Shown here piece by piece: positions 24,187-37,007 of a stretch of 64,000 bases of DNA. The stretch comes from Octopus sinensis. Taxonomy: Eukaryota. The stretch is taken from contig NC_043021.1 of NCBI RefSeq assembly GCF_006345805.1, positions 5,518,001 through 5,582,000 of the forward strand, read 5' to 3'. How positions within the stretch are numbered: the stretch's first letter is position 1; every line of letters starts with the position of its first letter. A program made the position numbers and the translations under genes. The notes under the pieces were generated by a model that was given only the letters and a program-made list of their open reading frames with translations, was not told where the DNA came from and made no database searches.

Positions 24187-24537
24187 TAAGGTGTGGTTGT
24201 ATAGTTAAGAAGCTCGCTTTCTCACCACATGGTTTTGGGTTCAGTCCCACTGCACAGCACCTTGGATAAGTGTATAAGTGTTTTCTACTAAACGGAAACT
24301 GAAAGAAGCTTGTGTGTGCGTGTCTATTGTCCCACCACCATCACCACCACATAATGACTGGTGTTGGTTTGTTTATGTCCTTGTAACTTAGTGGTTCAGT
24401 AGAAAAGAACGATACAGTATGTAGCAGACTTCGATAAAAAAGTAAGTACTGGAATTAATTTGTTCAACTAAAACCTTCAGTGCAGTGCCCCAGCATGGTC
24501 CCAATCCGATGACTGCAACAAGTAAAAGATGGAAGAT
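24187..24537 (+). mobile_element. SINE family B, old copy with internal deletion
   Basis: Head, partial core and tail motifs. Confidence 0.65.
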
Positions 24538-25180
24538 ATTAGTTTGACTTTTCTAAAGCCTTAAATAATTCATTTTATAAAAACTTTATAAAAACACGCC
24601 AACAGTTACAGTATCTCTGTTCCAACCACCCTATCTCTCTGATTTGAACTCTTTGTTTGTGTCTCTCTCTGTGCATCTCTATTTGTCCGATCTGTTGTGT
24701 CCTCTGTCTGTTTCTTTCTTTCCGTTTTCTTCTGTCTCCTTGTCTGTGTGTCCCTATTTGTCTGTCTGTCTGTGTGTTTCTGTATGATATATTCTGTTCT
24801 GTTTGTTTGTCTCTGTCTAATCTAGTCTGTCTTCCGTCAGGCTGTGTGTGTGTGTGTGTGTGTGTCCCCTGTCTGTCTGATTCGTCCAGTCTTGTTGATG
24901 GTGTCCCTTATAGTCCTGTCTATCTCTCTCTGTCTCGTTACCCCCCCCCCCCACACCACCACCACCTTACCATCCCCCTTAATATAAACCGATTTCTCCT
25001 CCCCCAAACTCATCGCAATACAATTATATTTATAAACCGATTAGCCATGTCCCCTTTTCTTCCCCATTTACACAGACCTTGACCAACCCGTCCATCCCCA
25101 ATATTTTACTTTCCATTGTTTACGAATTTGTCTTAAATCTTACTGTTTCTTGTATTGTTTTGTGTTGTTTTACATTGTAG

Positions 25181-25260
25181 TTGTATATCACCGAGCTGAG
25201 TTCAAGCCCATGGCCATCGACAGCCTGGATACTTATCTACACAATCGCACACTCCCTCTC
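25181..25260 (+). CDS. Weak candidate exon (VYHRAEFKPMAIDSLDTYLHNRTLPL)
   Basis: Strong T-rich acceptor (tgttttacattgtAG) and an open phase-1 frame, but the donor CTC|GTACAC is weak. Confidence 0.17.
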
Positions 25261-25292
25261 GTACACACACATAAACACATCGTTTATACACT

Positions 25293-25421
25293 CTTTCTTA
25301 TTTCTTTATTGCCCACAAGGGGCTAAACATAGAGTGGACAGACAAAGGGGTTAAGTCGATTACATCGACCCCCAGTGCGTAACTGGTACTTAATTTATTG
25401 ACCCCGAAGGGATTGAAAGGC
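25293..25421 (-). mobile_element. SINE family C, 3' part
   Basis: Reverse match to the adjacent copy. Confidence 0.8.
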
Positions 25422-25548
25422 ATATGGACATACATTCTTGCAATCATATGTAAAAAAAATTATGTGCACTCACTTGCATGTAAATGCAGGCTGGCAGGTA
25501 AGTGCATAAAACCGGTATAGAGATGCACACATATACTAGAGATACAAA

Positions 25549-25779
25549 GGCGGCAAGCTGGCAGAAACGTTAGCGTGCCGGGCGAAATGCTTAGTGGTAA
25601 TTCGTCTGTCGCTATGTTCTGAGTTCAAATTCCGCCGAGGTCGACTTTGCCTTTCATCCTTTCAGTGTCGATAAATAAAGTACCAGTTACGCACTGGGGT
25701 CGATGTAATCGACTTAATCCATTTGTCTGTCCTTGTTTGTCCCCTCTGTGTTTAGCCCCTTGTGGGTAGTAAAGAAATA
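25549..25779 (+). mobile_element. SINE family C, full length with probable target-site duplication
   Basis: TGGCAGAAACG A-box-like, GAGTTCAAATTCC B-box, central gcctttcatcctttc..gtcgataa.taagtacc block (resembles conserved invertebrate SINE central domains; I cannot say which from memory). Flanks atatactagagatacaa / atgtactagagatataa. Confidence 0.88.
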
Positions 25780-25862
25780 TGTACTAGAGATATAAGAGAT
25801 ATATGCACCCCCTATATAGGCATACATACACATTTGTGAATATATTTGTACATTCGTATGTA

Positions 25863-25975
25863 AAGGCATGTGGCATAGTGGTTAGGAGTGTTGCATTCAC
25901 AATTGTAAGGTGAGGGTTTCAATTCCCATTATGTTCTTAAGTAAAGCACTTCATTTCCTGTAGCTCCAGTTTATC
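25863..25975 (+). mobile_element. SINE family H-related 5' fragment
   Basis: aaggcatgtggcatagtggttagg...aagcacttcatttc. Confidence 0.55.
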
Positions 25976-26318
25976 CATCCATCCGTCTTCTTCGTCCATT
26001 GTTCCAGGATGGGTTGTTAGACTAGAGTGTTCAGCTATCTCATCCATGGGCCCCTATTAGAGATCTCTGTCACTTATACACCTTGGAAACCAGTTTGAAC
26101 TCTGGTCTTATGAATCCAAGGGCTCGTGGCAGACTTAAAGTAAGCAAGCATATGTGTAAAAATTTCCATGTACACACATGCACAATGCATGTATATAACC
26201 ATGTGCACATACATTTGCATATGCACATATTTTTACATGTGACATGTGGAGATGTATGCACACAGATTCGCATATGTATTTAGATGTAAGTACCACAGTC
26301 CGCATTCAGTGAACCACA

Positions 26319-26360
<42 letters not shown>

Positions 26361-26481
26361 TATGAGAAGACTTCTATAACTTCTGTAGTCATTTAACTTG
26401 CTAAGTGTAGCAGCTAAACTTCCTTTTATCAACTCTGCCTTACTTATATATCTATAGTGCCACATGTTTTGGTCTACACAT

Positions 26482-26709
26482 TTAGCTCTTTGGCGTTTAA
26501 ACTGATCATATCTAGCCAAAATATTCTGCCTGTTTTATTTTCAAACTAACCAGATCTGGCCTCTTACTCGTACTCTACAATGCCATTCTAGAAATAAATA
26601 ATCACATCATCAAAATCTTGAAACTACAACATAATCCATGATTAATTCAAAACAAAATGAATAAATAAGCATTACGTTTGACAGAGTAATCTGAATGCTA
26701 AAGGGTTAA
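26482..26709. mobile_element. piggyBac-type MITE with degraded left TIR
   Basis: Interior and right end gctaaagggttaa match. Confidence 0.75.
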
Positions 26710-26739
26710 ACATATGATTAGGATCACATTTTGGGTCCA

Positions 26740-27370
26740 TTTGTGTGTCAGGCCAACACATGTGCAACAAATAGGATCACATGTTTGATTATATCTTTAT
26801 TGATAAATGATAGTTCCATGTTTTTAGACACATGTGTATCAGAACAGATAATAAAGAAGAGCACATAATCAATACATGACTGAGACCACATGTCTTAATA
26901 TATAAATGGGACCATGTTTTAGGATGTAAATAGGGCCACATGTTTAGTACATAAAGGAAATTACATGTATGAGACCACGTTTTAAATATAAAGATGGAAC
27001 TATATATTTTACTATTAATGTAAGGTCTCATGTTTTAATATGAATAATACCTGTTTTAATATATTAAATACGGCCACATGTTTGCTACATAACGAGATTA
27101 CATGTTTACATATAAATAGGACTATGTGCTTTAAATATATAAATAGAATTACATAATTTAGTACATAAACAGAGCCACATGTTTTAATTTGAATAAAACC
27201 ACATTTTAATATGTTAATAGAACAACATGTTAAATACATGAATGGGATCACATGTTTGCATATATAAATGGGACCTCATGTTTTACATGTATAATGGGAG
27301 CCATGTTTTATTATGTAAATGAAACAATATGCTTTAAGTATTTGAATGTGGCACACATATGTTTAAGTAC
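26740..27370. repeat. Degenerate ~30-bp minisatellite (gggaccacatgttt...atataaat)
   Basis: Recurring cacatgttt motif between two MITEs. Confidence 0.7.
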
Positions 27371-27478
27371 CTTTGTGCAGGACAATTCCCCACACAAGGA
27401 AGAAAACGCGTGTAAGCTTAGATTTACTGAAAAAAAAACCAGACAAGAATAGACAGGATGGTTATAACTGGAATGCCC

Positions 27479-27706
27479 TTAACCCTTTAGCATTTAAACC
27501 GGCCATATCCGGTCAAAAGTATTCTGCCTGTTTTATGTTCAAACTGACCAGATCTGGTCTCTCACACCAACCCTACAATATCGTTCTAGAAATTAACATC
27601 TACCTCATCAAAATCTCATAGCTACAAGATAATGCCTGATTAGTTCAAAACAATGAGGATGAAAATCATTAATTTTGGCAGAATAATGCGAACACTAAAG
27701 GGTTAA
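27479..27706. mobile_element. piggyBac-type MITE, complete (opposite orientation to 19369)
   Basis: Same TIRs and TTAA flanks; interior matches. Confidence 0.85.
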
Positions 27707-28970
27707 TCATGGGACCACTCTATCAGGGTTTACCCGGTGTTAAATAACAACAACAACTACGGTTTTCCGGTGGCTGAATCTATCTTTGCCTACATCTCCA
27801 TCACCACCAACAAACAGTCCAGATATTTTTCATATTTCTGTAGATGTTTATGGTGTGGTACGAAGGAGAATCAATGATTTTTATGTCTGGGCATTTAATA
27901 ATTGGTTCTGTTAGTTCTGTGCCAAACCATTTTTCGCCCCAGCCCCCAATCAATCTGAGAAAGACATTCTGAACATTCTGGATGGTTAAGAATTTTAAAT
28001 TCGCTCTTCAACACTTGATTCGCTATTTTCTGTGCCAAGCAGAATTGGCCGGTCAGAAGCTATTAAACGGAGTTGGAATGGCCACAACTAAATTGCTGGA
28101 CATGTAGTTACATATGTGGGTGTGTCTCCTCATCTTAGCAGCAAGAATTTTAGTTTACATCTAAGCAATGAATTGGCCATTTCTATGTCAAAGATTTGCT
28201 CTGGCAAAATTGATCAGGGGCACCTCTTATTTTAATTATTATTATTTTTTTTTTATTGTTAGATGGAGATGCAAACACACACACACACACACACACACAA
28301 GTATAGACAAGACTGTTAATGAATGCACATATATGCACATACTTTATACATTGATCCTTCAATTAATATTCAAAGGTGAGTGTATAATTGTGTAGATAAG
28401 ATACCAGTGTGTTGTGGTCTACAGTTTTTGTTTGTTTGTCAACATGTATATATATCTGTGTATATGTATGTATGGATGTAATTTATGTATATGTAAATAT
28501 ACACCTACACACTTCGCATACACGTGTAAATTAAAAGTAATCCTGTTTATTTTTTCTGTTAAGAAAAGATATTTTTGTTTGCAAATATTGACAGTAAATG
28601 CAATGAGTGACTTTTGCCTTAAGCCAGAATTTTTCTCCTAAAGTAAAACATAATTAAGACCAACATCACTGTCATCATCATCATCATTATCATCTTCATT
28701 GTTGTTGTCATCATCATCATTGTATCTATTATCATTACTATTATTTCCCTTGTCATCATCTAATTCTATAATCACAATTATCTTCAGCTCTGTCATCATC
28801 TCCTCAATTGTTCTAATGGCCCTCCACCCTCCATTTTTGCTGAAAAAAACTGGATGTTAAAATTTTGGCATCTAATGACGAAGAGGTTATTTATGGTGAT
28901 GACAATGTGCGTCAGCAATGAATGACAGGGAATGCCATGTCACATCCAGCATCACTATTATCATCATCAT

Positions 28971-29195
28971 CGAGCTGGCAGAATCGTTAGCACGCCGGGC
29001 GAAATGCGTAGCTGTATTTCGTCTGCCGTTACGTTCTGAGTTCAAATTCCGCTGAGGCCGACTTTGCCTTTCATCCTTTCGGGGTCGATAAATTAAGTAC
29101 CAGTTACGCACTGGGGTCGATGTAATCGACTTAATCCGTTTGTCTGTTCCTTGTTTGTTCCCTCTGTGTTTAGCCCCTTGTGGGTAGTAAAGAAA
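28971..29195 (+). mobile_element. SINE family C inserted in a (CAT)n tract
   Basis: Near-full-length match. Confidence 0.88.
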
Positions 29196-29985
29196 CATAT
29201 CATCATGATCACCCTCAACATCATCATCATCATTACCATCATCACAATCATCATCTAATACCATAATCACAATTATCTTCATCACTGTCATCGTATGCAT
29301 AATCATCATCATCAACATCATTACCATGATCGTCATCACCACCACCACTATCATCATCATCATCATCATCACAGATAACCTATTCATCATTAGATACCAA
29401 CATCTTCGCATCCAGTTTTCCATTCTGGCTAAAGTGGGAAGGTAATGCAGGCCCATTAAATACCACAAACAAAATTTCACCATAAATCTCTTACAGTACT
29501 TTGGCCAATTAGATAGAGCAGCAGTCTACTTGCTCGTAAATCACAAGTTCAAATCTGGTACCAGGATCTAGGGTTTCTTTGTATACTCACACATACATAG
29601 ACATTCCACATGCTTCACTTCAAGCTGGTGGGATTATTAATTAATTAGACAGATAATCTGGGAATGTTATCAGTAATAAGACTGCTGTACTAATCTAGGA
29701 AGTAGAGACAAGTTGGCTGAGTTGATATGGTATTGGACTGCCGGGGTCGTAGTTCATAGGTTCAAATTTCAGATAGAAGTTTCGTTGTTGCTATTTTTGT
29801 TTTTCTTTTTTCTTCTTGCTTTGAGTTTTCTTTTGTCTCTTATGAAATATAGGTTTTCTTTCCTTCCAAGTTTTTGTTTTATATATATATATTTAATTTC
29901 TTATATACAACTCACCACATGGGGATAATTGAAATTCCTCTTTTCTGTTCTGTTACTATATATATATATATTTATTTATTTATTT

Positions 29986-30119
29986 ATTATGGAGATGTAC
30001 TTGCATAGCAAATGACCTGATTTGAGATCATGTGCTGAAGCAAAAACAATTGCAGCGTGGAAGGTGTTTATAAACCATTTAAAACACACACAAAAACCAT
30101 TAGATACACTTCAACATGT

Positions 30120-30125
<6 letters not shown>
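29986..30125 (+). mobile_element. Partial copy of the 56861-57213 family, ending at (TA)n
   Basis: attatggagatgtacttgcatagc...caattgcagcgtggaaggtgtttata. Confidence 0.8.
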
Positions 30126-30171
<46 letters not shown>

Positions 30172-30446
30172 GTGTGTGTGTTTAGTATTGACTGTCAGAA
30201 GAAAGAATATTCAATACCATAGTAGAAATTAATATTATTTTGACCAACTCAGTCCCTTGCTATTCTGAGTTTCACTTGTGAGTCCACAGTGTCTTCAGGC
30301 AAGCTACAACTTGTATCTAGCCTAAGACTTTGTCCACCCACAGGTGAAACTAAGTTTAATGAGAGACTGACTCCACACACACACACACATTGTCCATAAA
30401 TCATCTTTACAATTTGAAAAAAAAAAAAAATTGGAACCAGTTTAGT

Positions 30447-30592
30447 TGAGTAGAATTTATTGGAAAACAAATCAAGTTTTATCAGAAATATCCGAGCACT
30501 TCCACACGGGCTCCATTAGTTGCACGCAACACATTGACACAATAATTTGTGGACATAGTAAAGATAATTTATGAACACCCTTTCAATGTTCC
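30447..30592 (+). repeat. Unclassified dispersed repeat (family E), copy 1
   Basis: Very similar to 31836-31965. Confidence 0.8.
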
Positions 30593-30718
30593 TTTTTTCC
30601 ACGCTGACCTGGGTTGATCAGTTCAATATGAACAGACTTGCCTGAGGGCAAGCTCCGATGTCTGCTTTGGCATGGTTTCTACAGCTAGATACCCTTCCTA
30701 GCATCAACTACTTCATAA
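30586..30718 (-). mobile_element. Old RTE-tail element
   Basis: Degenerate gtttctacagctagatacccttcc motif. Confidence 0.55.
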
Positions 30719-30969
30719 TGTATGGGTTGGGGTTATTATTATATCAAGATCTGACAGTTTACTCATTATTTCACCCATGGCTGTTCAAGACAACTCTGAA
30801 CAGCCGAGGGCAAAACTCAAGAATAGATTCTGTCATATCTTGATATAATAATCATGTCTATCCACTCTAGCCAATATACTGAGTTCTATATCAGATAATA
30901 TTTACACTTTGTAATGTGTGTGTGTGTGCCAAAGATACACACACATATGTATATATTTATACTTATATG

Positions 30970-31006
<37 letters not shown>

Positions 31007-31638
31007 GCATACACACAAACATCCATATACTCACACATGTGCATGTATTTATACACCTACGCATGTATGTGTAAAGATGTACGTGTATATATAAGTGTAT
31101 GTTTGTATATTGCTCCAAAAGAATTTCTGGTTATATTTCTGGCAAAATTCCAAGAAAACATTATTTATCCCCACACTGGTTGGTTAGTTGGTATTCCACT
31201 CTTGGAATTTCATAAGTGTTCTAAGATGTGCAACTGATAAAGTGAGACGTTTATTATGATAACAAGTGTGTGTGTGTGTGTGTGAGGGAGAGAGAGAGAA
31301 AGTCAGTGTGGGATGTGCTTAGAAAGTAGTATGTGCTTTGTGTGAGAAAGGTGTACAAATGTGTGTGTGTGTATTTATATACTTTTAATTATGTTTAATA
31401 TATATATATGTATTTATGTGAGATAGTGTGTGTGTGTAATTAAGTATTTGGTTATCTTTATACATGTATACACACACATGCATACTTATGTGTGTGTACA
31501 TGCAAATGTACTAAATGTTCGTACACATGCACGCGTGTATGTGTTTGTATGTGTGTATATATATATTATATTTTGTGAAATTTGATTTAGTATTTCTAAA
31601 TTGAATTTTTCCCTGTAAGTCAGGAATAATATTCCCTC

Positions 31639-31691
<53 letters not shown>

Positions 31692-31761
31692 TGCATACAT
31701 ACACAATTTCATGAGTGTATCCCAGTATATACAGATTTCTATGTATATTTCTGCACTTAGT

Positions 31762-31827
<66 letters not shown>

Positions 31828-31835
31828 ATATAATT

Positions 31836-32113
31836 GAGTAGAATTTATTGGAAAACAAATCAAGTTTTATTAGAAATATCCGAACACTTCTACACGGGCT
31901 CCATTAGTTGCACAATAATTTGTGGACATAGTAAAGATAATTTATGAACACCCTTTCAATGTTCCCCACAAGGAACTCAGTTTGATTTGAAAACCCCACT
32001 AGAATGGAAGAAAGCGCTAATGATCTAAGTGATATGATGTATATATAAAAAATGTAATATATAAATAAATATCTGTAAATATAAACCATCCAATCTTCTG
32101 ATTACCTCATTTC

Positions 32114-32120
<7 letters not shown>
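31836..32120 (+). repeat. Unclassified dispersed repeat (family E), copy 2, between (TA)n tracts
   Basis: Starts gagtagaatttattggaaaacaaatcaag as copy 1 does. Confidence 0.8.
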
Positions 32121-32171
<51 letters not shown>

Positions 32172-32642
32172 GATGTTTGCATATATGTATGTTTATAACT
32201 GTATGTGTATAATTATAGGTTGAGATAATTGTGTATGTGATTACTTAATTGCACCATGTGGGTTTATGTTATTACATCATGGTGTATGATTGCGTGTGTA
32301 AGTGTGTACATGTGTGTGTATTTAATTACACACACATGTAATTAAGGTGCATAATTGTGTGTGTATTTATACAATAACTGCACATGTATGTATATAATTT
32401 ATATATATTGTACATGTACAAGTGTGTGAGTGTGTGTGTGTGTGTATATATATATATGTATATATGGTTCAAATGTACAGAAAACAAGAGACAGGCTTGT
32501 GAGGGAATAACAAGCAGGTGTTTTAGTTTGACACGCAAGGAATTGGCCAAGCCTTTGCCGTTTCGAGCCTATGCTATACCCTATCTTTATGCCCTTCCAG
32601 AACCTTACGATATGTGTGTGTGTGTGTGTGTGTGTATATTTA

Positions 32643-32941
32643 TATGGAACCTTGGTTTACAAATTTAATTCATTCTTGAAAGGGTGTTCATTACCCGAAA
32701 TGTTTGTAAATCAAAACTATTTTTTCTCATAGGAAATTCTAGGTATGGTAAATTTAAGCTGGGATGTGAAAGTTAGCTAGCAACTGACACTTTCCTGTTG
32801 ATTCTCCCAGCTTGTCACTGAATATTGTTGCCAGTTTGTTTGTGTGTTTGTTACTCGGCACACTGCTTGTCACCCGAGATGATTTTTGTTTGAAACTGAT
32901 TTGTTTGTAATGAGAGGCATTTATAAACTAAGCTTCCAATG
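32643..32941. mobile_element. Probable Tigger/pogo-like MITE
   Basis: Imperfect TIRs tggaaccttggtttacaaat / atttataaactaagcttcca. Confidence 0.45.
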
Positions 32942-33572
32942 ACAAAGGAACCATGGTTCCAAACAGGAGTTTCAACGCATTCGTTCAATCTGCTAGAAAT
33001 GGCAGCCAAATTTCACTTATAACCCACTTGTCTTTAAAAAATGGAAGGACCTATTGGATAATGTAGTCACAGACACACTATGTAGCAGGGTAAATTAAAA
33101 ACAAAACAGGATGGTCATTAATGGTACAGCTTTAATCAAAGAATTCTTGACTGGAATTGACCTGTGATGCATTAAAATTGTGTCTGAATAGATACTGAAA
33201 TTCTACCAAGACTCTCTATCCTCCACCATCACCATTCCTTGCAGCTGCAGACTGCCACTTATTTTACCTAATTTCTGTGGCACTGAGGTCATTTGTTTCT
33301 TGGTGGTGATGGTAATGGATCTGAGCCCCCACCTCCACCAATATCAGTGTGTTATTAATTAAAACATGACAGCCTCATCCTTAAGCATTTTCTTTGGCAG
33401 ACATCCATCATGTCTTCAGTACACACGTCCTGCCTATCCTGCAATCCCACAAAAATCTATTGCTATAATAGTGAAACAAAGTGTATATGTGTATTCACAC
33501 ACGAACATTTGAAGATTATATATACATGTTTACAGTGTATTATAAAAAATTATATATATATACACACACATA

Positions 33573-33878
33573 CAGGGTGTGATGGGTAAATTGTCACCAT
33601 TTTATACTTCTAATTTTGCGTGTGCTCTTTGTTTGTTTTTGATGTTGTCAACTACACAGTATAGTAGGGTTAGTTGGGCACCAGCTGTGAGGAAAAACAG
33701 CACCATGACGCAATTCACTCTGCCAGAAATTTGGAAACATGCCGTACTGTTTGGCATTCATGCTGGAAGCTCCAATGCAAACATGTTATGCCTCCATTCA
33801 TCTTCCCACTCAACACGGAGGCCTACATCAAGTGCCTGGAGGTGGTAGTGCTGCCCTGGGTCAAAAGGGTGGTTGCTG
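33573..33878 (+). mobile_element. Internally deleted Tc1/mariner transposon
   Basis: TA|CAGGGTGTG terminus, an N-terminal start (MTQFTLPEIWKHAVLFGIHAG), then VMPPFIFP-LNTEAYIKCLEVVVLPWVKRV, typical of a Tc1-like DDE region. Confidence 0.7.
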
Positions 33879-34113
33879 TTTCTTTTAGCTTTTTCTATTT
33901 TGTGTTCGACCTTTAAAAACAAATTATTTCACTTTCTCTCAAAGTTTCTAAATTCTTGTGGAAGTAAATAATTCATATATATATAATTAATAATTTTATA
34001 TTCTGGTAGGCATCTTGTAGTTTGCCATTGAAAGCCCATTCACAGCATTTGGCTACCTGATGGAAGTATATTCAATGAATTTACTTCAGGAATTCCTTTG
34101 TGTCTGTAGAATT

Positions 34114-34276
34114 AGGGAAAGAAAATGGAATTCATGAGATTCTTTATTATTCATTAGAATAATTTTGACCCACCATGCACCAGTATAGCATCTTACCTAC
34201 GAAGCACCGGTGCACAGTGGGTCAAAACAATTGTAGTGAATAATAAAACATCTCAGGGATTCCATTTTCTTTCTCT
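34114..34276. repeat. Palindromic fold-back element, ~71-bp arms
   Basis: The arms are reverse complements with scattered mismatches around a ~21-nt spacer. Confidence 0.75.
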
Positions 34277-34497
34277 TATATATATATTTGATTCCACTTA
34301 ATTTTACATTTCTTTGTTCAGAGTTTGGCATTTCGAAATAACCAAATGGAACAGTCAACCAAAAAAAAAAGAGGAAAAAAAAGGGAAAAGGAAAAAATAT
34401 TTTTCTTTTCTTTTCCCCAAATTAAGAATTGTTGTCAGTCATTGAAATCTTTGCGATGCTCTATATTCATTCAAAGAATTTTCTTGTTTCCATCCAG

Positions 34498-34650
34498 CTC
34501 TTCTAAGACATCATGTCATCGCCCATCTCCACTGTTACCACACTCCCCCATTGTGTCAGATGGAGCTCCGCATCCTCCTCTCGGCCCAGAGGAGGTTGTG
34601 CCACTGAGTTCTCGAACTATTGACACATATGCAGCGGCCATGTTCCAGAG
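34498..34650 (+). CDS. Candidate symmetric exon (SSKTSCHRPSPLLPHSPIVSDGAPHPPLGPEEVVPLSSRTIDTYAAAMFQ)
   Basis: GC-richer island; acceptor ttttcttgtttccatccAG, donor AG|GTCAGA; 153 nt, open in phase 2-2. Confidence 0.33.
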
Positions 34651-35234
34651 GTCAGACATCTTAAATAAATTATATTGCATGATGGGTATTGTACTGGTCC
34701 TACTGTCAATTATTTCTATATTTATTTTATTCGTTTAGTTTCAGTAAATTTTTTATTATTTTGCTTGATAAATGTCATGAGGGTTTTGTTGCATATCATT
34801 GGCTGTTGTCACTTCCTGTTGTCACTCGCTGTTGTCACTTCTCTTTTTCTGTTGTGAAATTCTTACATTTCTTTAGCTTTTACTTTCCTTTTGTTTCTGG
34901 TTTTCTTTTCCTCTTCAGTGCTTATGCGTTTAGTAATGTGTCAGTAACGTATTTGGATTACAAATCGAAAAACATACATTTCACAAGTAGCTGGTAATTT
35001 AACTGCTGCTCAACAGCTGTTTCAACAACAGCAGATATCATTATATAAATTACATAGTGATTCTGTTTAAAAGTGATGTTTACTGCATTATAGCAATGTA
35101 TGGGATTTTATCATGTTGTGCTCTTAATTTCCCCGGATATTCATCAATTCTTTATATTTAGATTAATGTATCAATAATGTGACTGATTCATGTGTCTGTT
35201 TGTCTGTATGTCTGAGTATCTATTTATCTATCTA

Positions 35235-35280
<46 letters not shown>

Positions 35281-35422
35281 ATCAGGGAGTAAATCCAAAC
35301 TTACAGGGAAAAATTAGATTTATATATTATATATTATATATTTTATATATATATTAAATTAGAGATAAAACCACTATTATTCACTGTTTGATTTGCCTAA
35401 TAGGGGTTTTGTCTCTAATTTA
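35281..35422. repeat. TA-flanked repeat with a 24-bp-arm hairpin (35355-35378 / 35399-35422)
   Basis: Shares cttacagggaaaaatt with a reverse copy at about 31570-31645. Confidence 0.5.
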
Positions 35423-35679
35423 ATATCTATCTATCTATCTATATATATATATATATAATGTATGTATCTATGCGATGTATATGTGTTCATATACGTTTTA
35501 AAGCTGGCAATGGACTGGAAAATACTTGTGGAAGTATTCCATGGCCAGATGCTCTTCCTGTTGCAAACCATTACTTGTTTTCAAATAAACCACTGTATAT
35601 CACTGGTCTTACCATGTTGAACTGATGAACATATTCTTGATGCTGCACATAAATGTCATTGCTGCACGTATGTATATAT

Positions 35680-35875
35680 CATCAACAACATTTAATGTCC
35701 ATATTTAATGCTGGCATGGGTAAGATAGTTTAAGGGACTCTAAACCAGAGGACTGCATCGTGCTCCAATATCTGCTTTGGCATGGTTTTCTACAGCTGGA
35801 TGCCCTTCCTTACACCTACCACTTCACAGCCTCTACTGGGTGCTTTTTTTTGTCGGCACCAGCATTAGTGAGGTT
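35680..35875 (-). mobile_element. RTE-tail element, diverged
   Basis: ttttctacagctggatgcccttcc and tail motifs. Confidence 0.7.
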
Positions 35876-36239
35876 ACCATGCATCTTTCAAATCTACGAT
35901 CCCTTTCAACTAAGTTGGGCTACCACCACGGGGTCAGGGGCCATCTTTATGCTAGATGTGAGATTAAAATATGACAGAAGAGGCCAGGCATGCATATTTT
36001 ATCTGAATGTTTATTTCCATAATAATAATAATAAAAAATTATAAGCGGCAGTTTGCACAGAAATCTTCTCTTTCTCAGCACTTTCCATTTTCATTTCACT
36101 GTCTTGAGATTGGTAGTCGGTAGAGGTGGGGAAGGCATTTGATCTCTTTTAAATTTTTATTTACTTTTTGGCTATTTCAGATTTTTATGTTGTGGAGTTT
36201 CTTCATTTCTTGCCTCTCATCCGTCTTTTCCCAAACAGT

Positions 36240-36600
36240 AGTGATTACTGTTATCGTCATTGACATCATCTTGGTGAGGTACATCACTGTCATCATCATA
36301 ATCATTAACATGAGTATCATATCATCATTTTCATCATGACCATGAACATCATCATCACTTCATCAAGTCATCATTTCATCATCATCATTAACATGAATAT
36401 TATATCATATTGTTATCATCATCATCATCTTCAATATCATCATCACTACCATGACCATGAACATCATCATCATCATCATTTCATTAAGTCATCATCATCA
36501 TTAACATGAGTATCATATCATCATTATCATCATCATCCTCAATATCATCATCCTCAATATCATCATCACTACCATGAACATCATCATCATCATCTTTGAT
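36240..36600. repeat. Degenerate (CAT)n tract with higher-order repeats
   Basis: ttaacatga(g/a)ta(t/c)catatcat recurs three times. Confidence 0.85.
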
Positions 36601-36819
36601 GTTCTTCAACATTATCCGAAATTTAACTCATTATTAAGCAAGAGAAATATCCAAGAGAATTACTTACTAAGTATACTTTGCAGGAAGGTAATTAAGTTTG
36701 GGTTCAAATCCTTAATTTCATCGCTCCACCCTAACAACAACTACAATCAGAGTCAGTAAAATAAAATAAGCTACCAGGGTACACTGAGGCCGATTTTTTT
36801 TTTTTCAACTATACATATC

Positions 36820-37007
36820 CTGTGCCGGTGACACATAAAAGCACCCACTACACTCATGGAGTGGTTGGCGTTAGGAAGGGCATCCAGCCGTAGAAACACT
36901 GCCAGATCAGACTGGAGCCTGGTGCAGCCTTCTGGCTTCCCAGACCCCAGTTGAACCGTCCAACCCATGCTAGCATGGAAAGCGGATGCTACACGATGAT
37001 GATGATA
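36820..37007 (+). mobile_element. RTE-tail element (family A)
   Basis: Near-consensus copy. Confidence 0.85.

Noticed and set aside
28887-29483. 198-aa Met/Asp-rich ORF, superficially reflectin-like in Met content
   Set aside because: Made of (CAT)n tracts plus an antisense SINE; lacks the reflectin M/FD(X)5MD motif and Tyr/Arg richness.
29500-29770. Two faint tRNA-like heads
   Set aside because: Too degenerate to assign; probably ancient SINE debris.
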